Assembly (NCBI RefSeq): GCF_009914755.1
Contig: NC_060925.1
Strand: one strand, 5' to 3'
DNA: 64,000 nt
Source of the DNA: the human T2T-CHM13v2.0 reference genome, Homo sapiens
This document shows positions 60,655-64,000 of the stretch, piece by piece; the first letter of the stretch is position 1; every line of letters starts with the position of its first letter. A program made the translations under genes and the position numbers. The notes beneath the pieces were generated by a model that was not told where the DNA came from, did no database searches, and saw only the letters and a program-made list of their open reading frames with translations.

Positions 60655-60812
60655 GCTCCAGGTGTACATCATTGGAGATGTTTTTTCAAATGCATTTTCC
60701 CAGGCACCATTCTCAGAACCTCAGTTCCAGAATCTCAGGGTGAGACCTAGGAATCTGAATTTTTTTACAATGCTCCCTGGTGATTCTGATGTTCAGCTAT
60801 CTTTGAAAATAA
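60655..60812. mobile_element. MER5A
   Basis: CAGAATCTCAGGGTGAGACCTAGGAATCTGAATTTTTTTACAATGCTCCCTGGTGATTCTGATG. Confidence 0.7.
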
Positions 60813-60814
60813 TT

Positions 60815-61244
<430 letters not shown>

Positions 61245-61417
61245 TCATGAAGCCTCCAGATTAGATCTCTGTGGCCTGAATGCTATACACAAGTGTGAGG
61301 CATGGTGGCTGCCCTCTGGAAGCTTCCTGTCTGCAAGAGTCCTGCAGACAGCAGGCCTGAGACATTGCACAGAGCCACGGAGGAGCGGCTGAAGATGACT
61401 GACAGGAAGGAGTTTAG

Positions 61418-61935
<518 letters not shown>

Positions 61936-63564
61936 TGAGACTTCAGGGCCCACTGACAGAGATGGGCCTGCCTAGCACTGCAGACCCGAGGCCTCCACTC
62001 TGAAAGGTGCCAGCCCGCTAAAGGAATGAAGGAGAGCTTGTTCATACCCAGCCATGAGGATCAGGGCAGCTGGAGGGCCACCACTGAGCTGTGTTTGGGG
62101 GCAGCCAGGAGCATGCGCTGCCAGACAGAGGACCCTTTCCAGGCTGGCTGAGGACAGAAGGATGTGATCATTAAGCAAAGCCAACATGTTACTGACCCAT
62201 AATCCCTTAAACCAGGAGGATTCGGGAAGGGCCTGGTCGCCTTGGCAACTAGGTGCTGGCCAGTCGCAGGGCTGAGAGCATCCTCCAGGAGTGGGCTGTG
62301 CCTGGTGCTGGTGCATGGGTAACAGCTGGGAGCGGGTGCAGGGCGGCCCATCATAGGGCTCACCCCCTGGTGCCTTCTTGCCAGCATGGGTGGAAGCCCT
62401 TGTGAGGCCTCAAGGGCAGTGTGTGCAGAGCAGGATGAGAGGGGGGCTGCACTGAGCGTGTAGGAAACCATGAAGGGAAGTGGAGGGGAGGTGAGACAGC
62501 GCTGCTCTGGGTTTTCAGGGCAGGAGGGAGAAGGGAGGGTCTGCAGGAAGAAGCAGTTGCATGGGTCTCATTGGGTGGCCAGCAGGGCATCCTCTAATTC
62601 AGAGGGCACGAGGAGCTGGGTAGCCTGAAGAAGAAAGCTTTCATGGTTGGGGACAGGACCGTGGGGGTGGGCAGAGCAGCTTACCCCGCTCCTCCATGGT
62701 GTTCTCGGTAGGGGATACCTGCCTGCTTGGAGGGCTCTGGCATGGGAAGAGGCCTGCAGGGATCAAGCCTCATCTTCCCTAGGGCTCGACTCTATTAATG
62801 GCAAGCTTCCGTGTTTCCCCTGAGACCTTCCACTGCTCCTGACCTCCTGTATTTCAGCTGGAGAGAAGGTGCAGCTGGCCAGCTCTGATGCACTCTTCCC
62901 TTCCTCCTCTTTTTCCCCTCTTGCCTCCTGGGGCATGCCAGAGCAGAGACCTTCAGGTGTCAGTATCAGAGGTGAAATGAGGTTTGGACCCAATCATGTC
63001 CCAAGGGTGTTGGCCAAGCTGACATTCAGTTTACGGGCCTTGGTCAGTAAGATTTATTGGCTGTTGACACATTCAGGCCCTTGGACACAAGTTGGTAAAT
63101 TTCTGCTGGTCCAAGGACTGCCTGGTTCTGGCACCCTCCCTGCCACCCCAGCCCTTCCCCCAGAACTCTCTAGACCTCCAGCAGCTAAAGGGCTTAGGTC
63201 TGGGGGGCCTTCAGGATCCTCTTTGCACATCATGCCTGCTATTATGACCAATACTTTGCTGGACTAGGTGGTCCATAGAGAACTGCACAGGGCGTGGCGG
63301 GGCGGGCGGTGGGCAGTGGAGGCAGTGCTGAGGGTCACTGGGAGGAAGAAGGTGACTGGGAAGAAGAGGGTGAACACCCACCCTCAGAGGGGTCAAACTT
63401 TGCAGAAGACACAACCCTGGCTCCCAGTGATGGTGGCATACAGGGCGACAGAGCTTGATGAGAGAGCTGAATTCCCAGTGGGTGGAGACCTGGACTGGTT
63501 GCCTTGTTCTTTTCAACTGCTCTTCTCACACTTCCCATCTCAGGACCCGGCTGCCCAGTCCCTC

Positions 63565-63694
63565 ATGATCATGAACAAGATGAAGAACTTTAAGCGCCGT
63601 TTCTCCCTGTCAGTGCCCCGCACTGAGACCATTGAAGAATCCTTGGCTGAATTCACGGAGCAATTCAACCAGCTCCACAACCGGCGGAATGAGA
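63565..63694 (+). CDS. CDK18: CDK18 (PCTAIRE3) first coding exon; exon begins at 63544 with a short 5'UTR portion
   Basis: Translates MIMNKMKNFKRRFSLSVPRTETIEESLAEFTEQFNQLHNRRNE, recognised as the CDK18 N-terminus. Polypyrimidine tract plus CAG acceptor at 63541-63543; GTGAGG donor at 63695 (phase 1). Confidence 0.97.
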
Positions 63695-63879
63695 GTGAGG
63701 GGTCTGGGCCCACCCAGCACCTCTCCCACCTACCAGACACTCCCCAGTCACCTTCCCCTCCCCGCCCACCCCCTCCCCACTGGCCTTAGGGGAGGAGCAC
63801 AGCGCTGGGGGAGGGGGGCTACCCTTCTCTCCCTCAGGACAGAGAGGCAGGGAGGGGAGCTGACGCCTGTCCCTCTTAG

Positions 63880-64000
63880 ACTTGCAGCTCGGTCCTCTTG
63901 GCAGAGACCCCCCGCAGGAGTGCAGCACCTTCTCCCCAACAGACAGCGGGGAGGAGCCGGGGCAGCTCTCCCCTGGCGTGCAGTTCCAGCGGCGGCAGAA
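63880..64000 (+). CDS. CDK18: CDK18 second coding exon (runs off the window end)
   Basis: After a 185-nt intron (CTGAC branch-like motif at 63860, TTAG acceptor ending 63879), the phase-1 join gives N-LQLGPLGRDPPQECSTFSPTDSGEEPGQLSPGVQFQRRQ, matching CDK18. Confidence 0.96.

Noticed and set aside
63695-63789. C-terminal part of track ORF 63268-63789 (SEGSGPTQH...)
   Set aside because: Read-through into the 185-nt intron; the real frame splices at 63694/63880.
63880-63887. Alternative acceptor TTGCAG 8 nt into coding exon 2
   Set aside because: Would frameshift CDK18; the first AG after the branch point is the expected acceptor.

Overview
Human genomic DNA, repeat-rich (about 35 Alu copies plus L1M, L2, L3, MIR, MaLR/ERVL LTRs and hAT MER elements). 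I recognise it as the region upstream of and including the 5' end of CDK18 (PCTAIRE3, chr1q32). The CpG-island promoter and non-coding exon 1 lie at ~44.9-45.3 kb, followed by an ~18 kb first intron and the first two coding exons (63565-63694 and 63880 to the window end; MIMNKMKNFKRRFSLSVPRTE...). No other ORF in the track looks like a real protein gene. The most striking structure is at 14489-14893. A degenerate tRNA-Lys(TTT) carrying a pre-tRNA-like leader and a TTTT trailer is fused directly to a near-full-length Alu, and both sit inside one 12-bp target-site duplication within an L2 remnant. This looks like a single retrotransposed pre-tRNA-Alu chimera. Other items of note: a ~190-bp GAA/GAG array grown out of an Alu tail, a quasi-palindrome-corrected Alu tail, a dense CAGGTR (ZEB/SNAI) motif cluster, RFX/NF-Y and HOX/CDX motif clusters, CTCF motifs, and a possible N-terminally extended CDK18 frame. 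Repeat boundaries and subfamily calls are by eye (about +/-10 bp, more for old elements).
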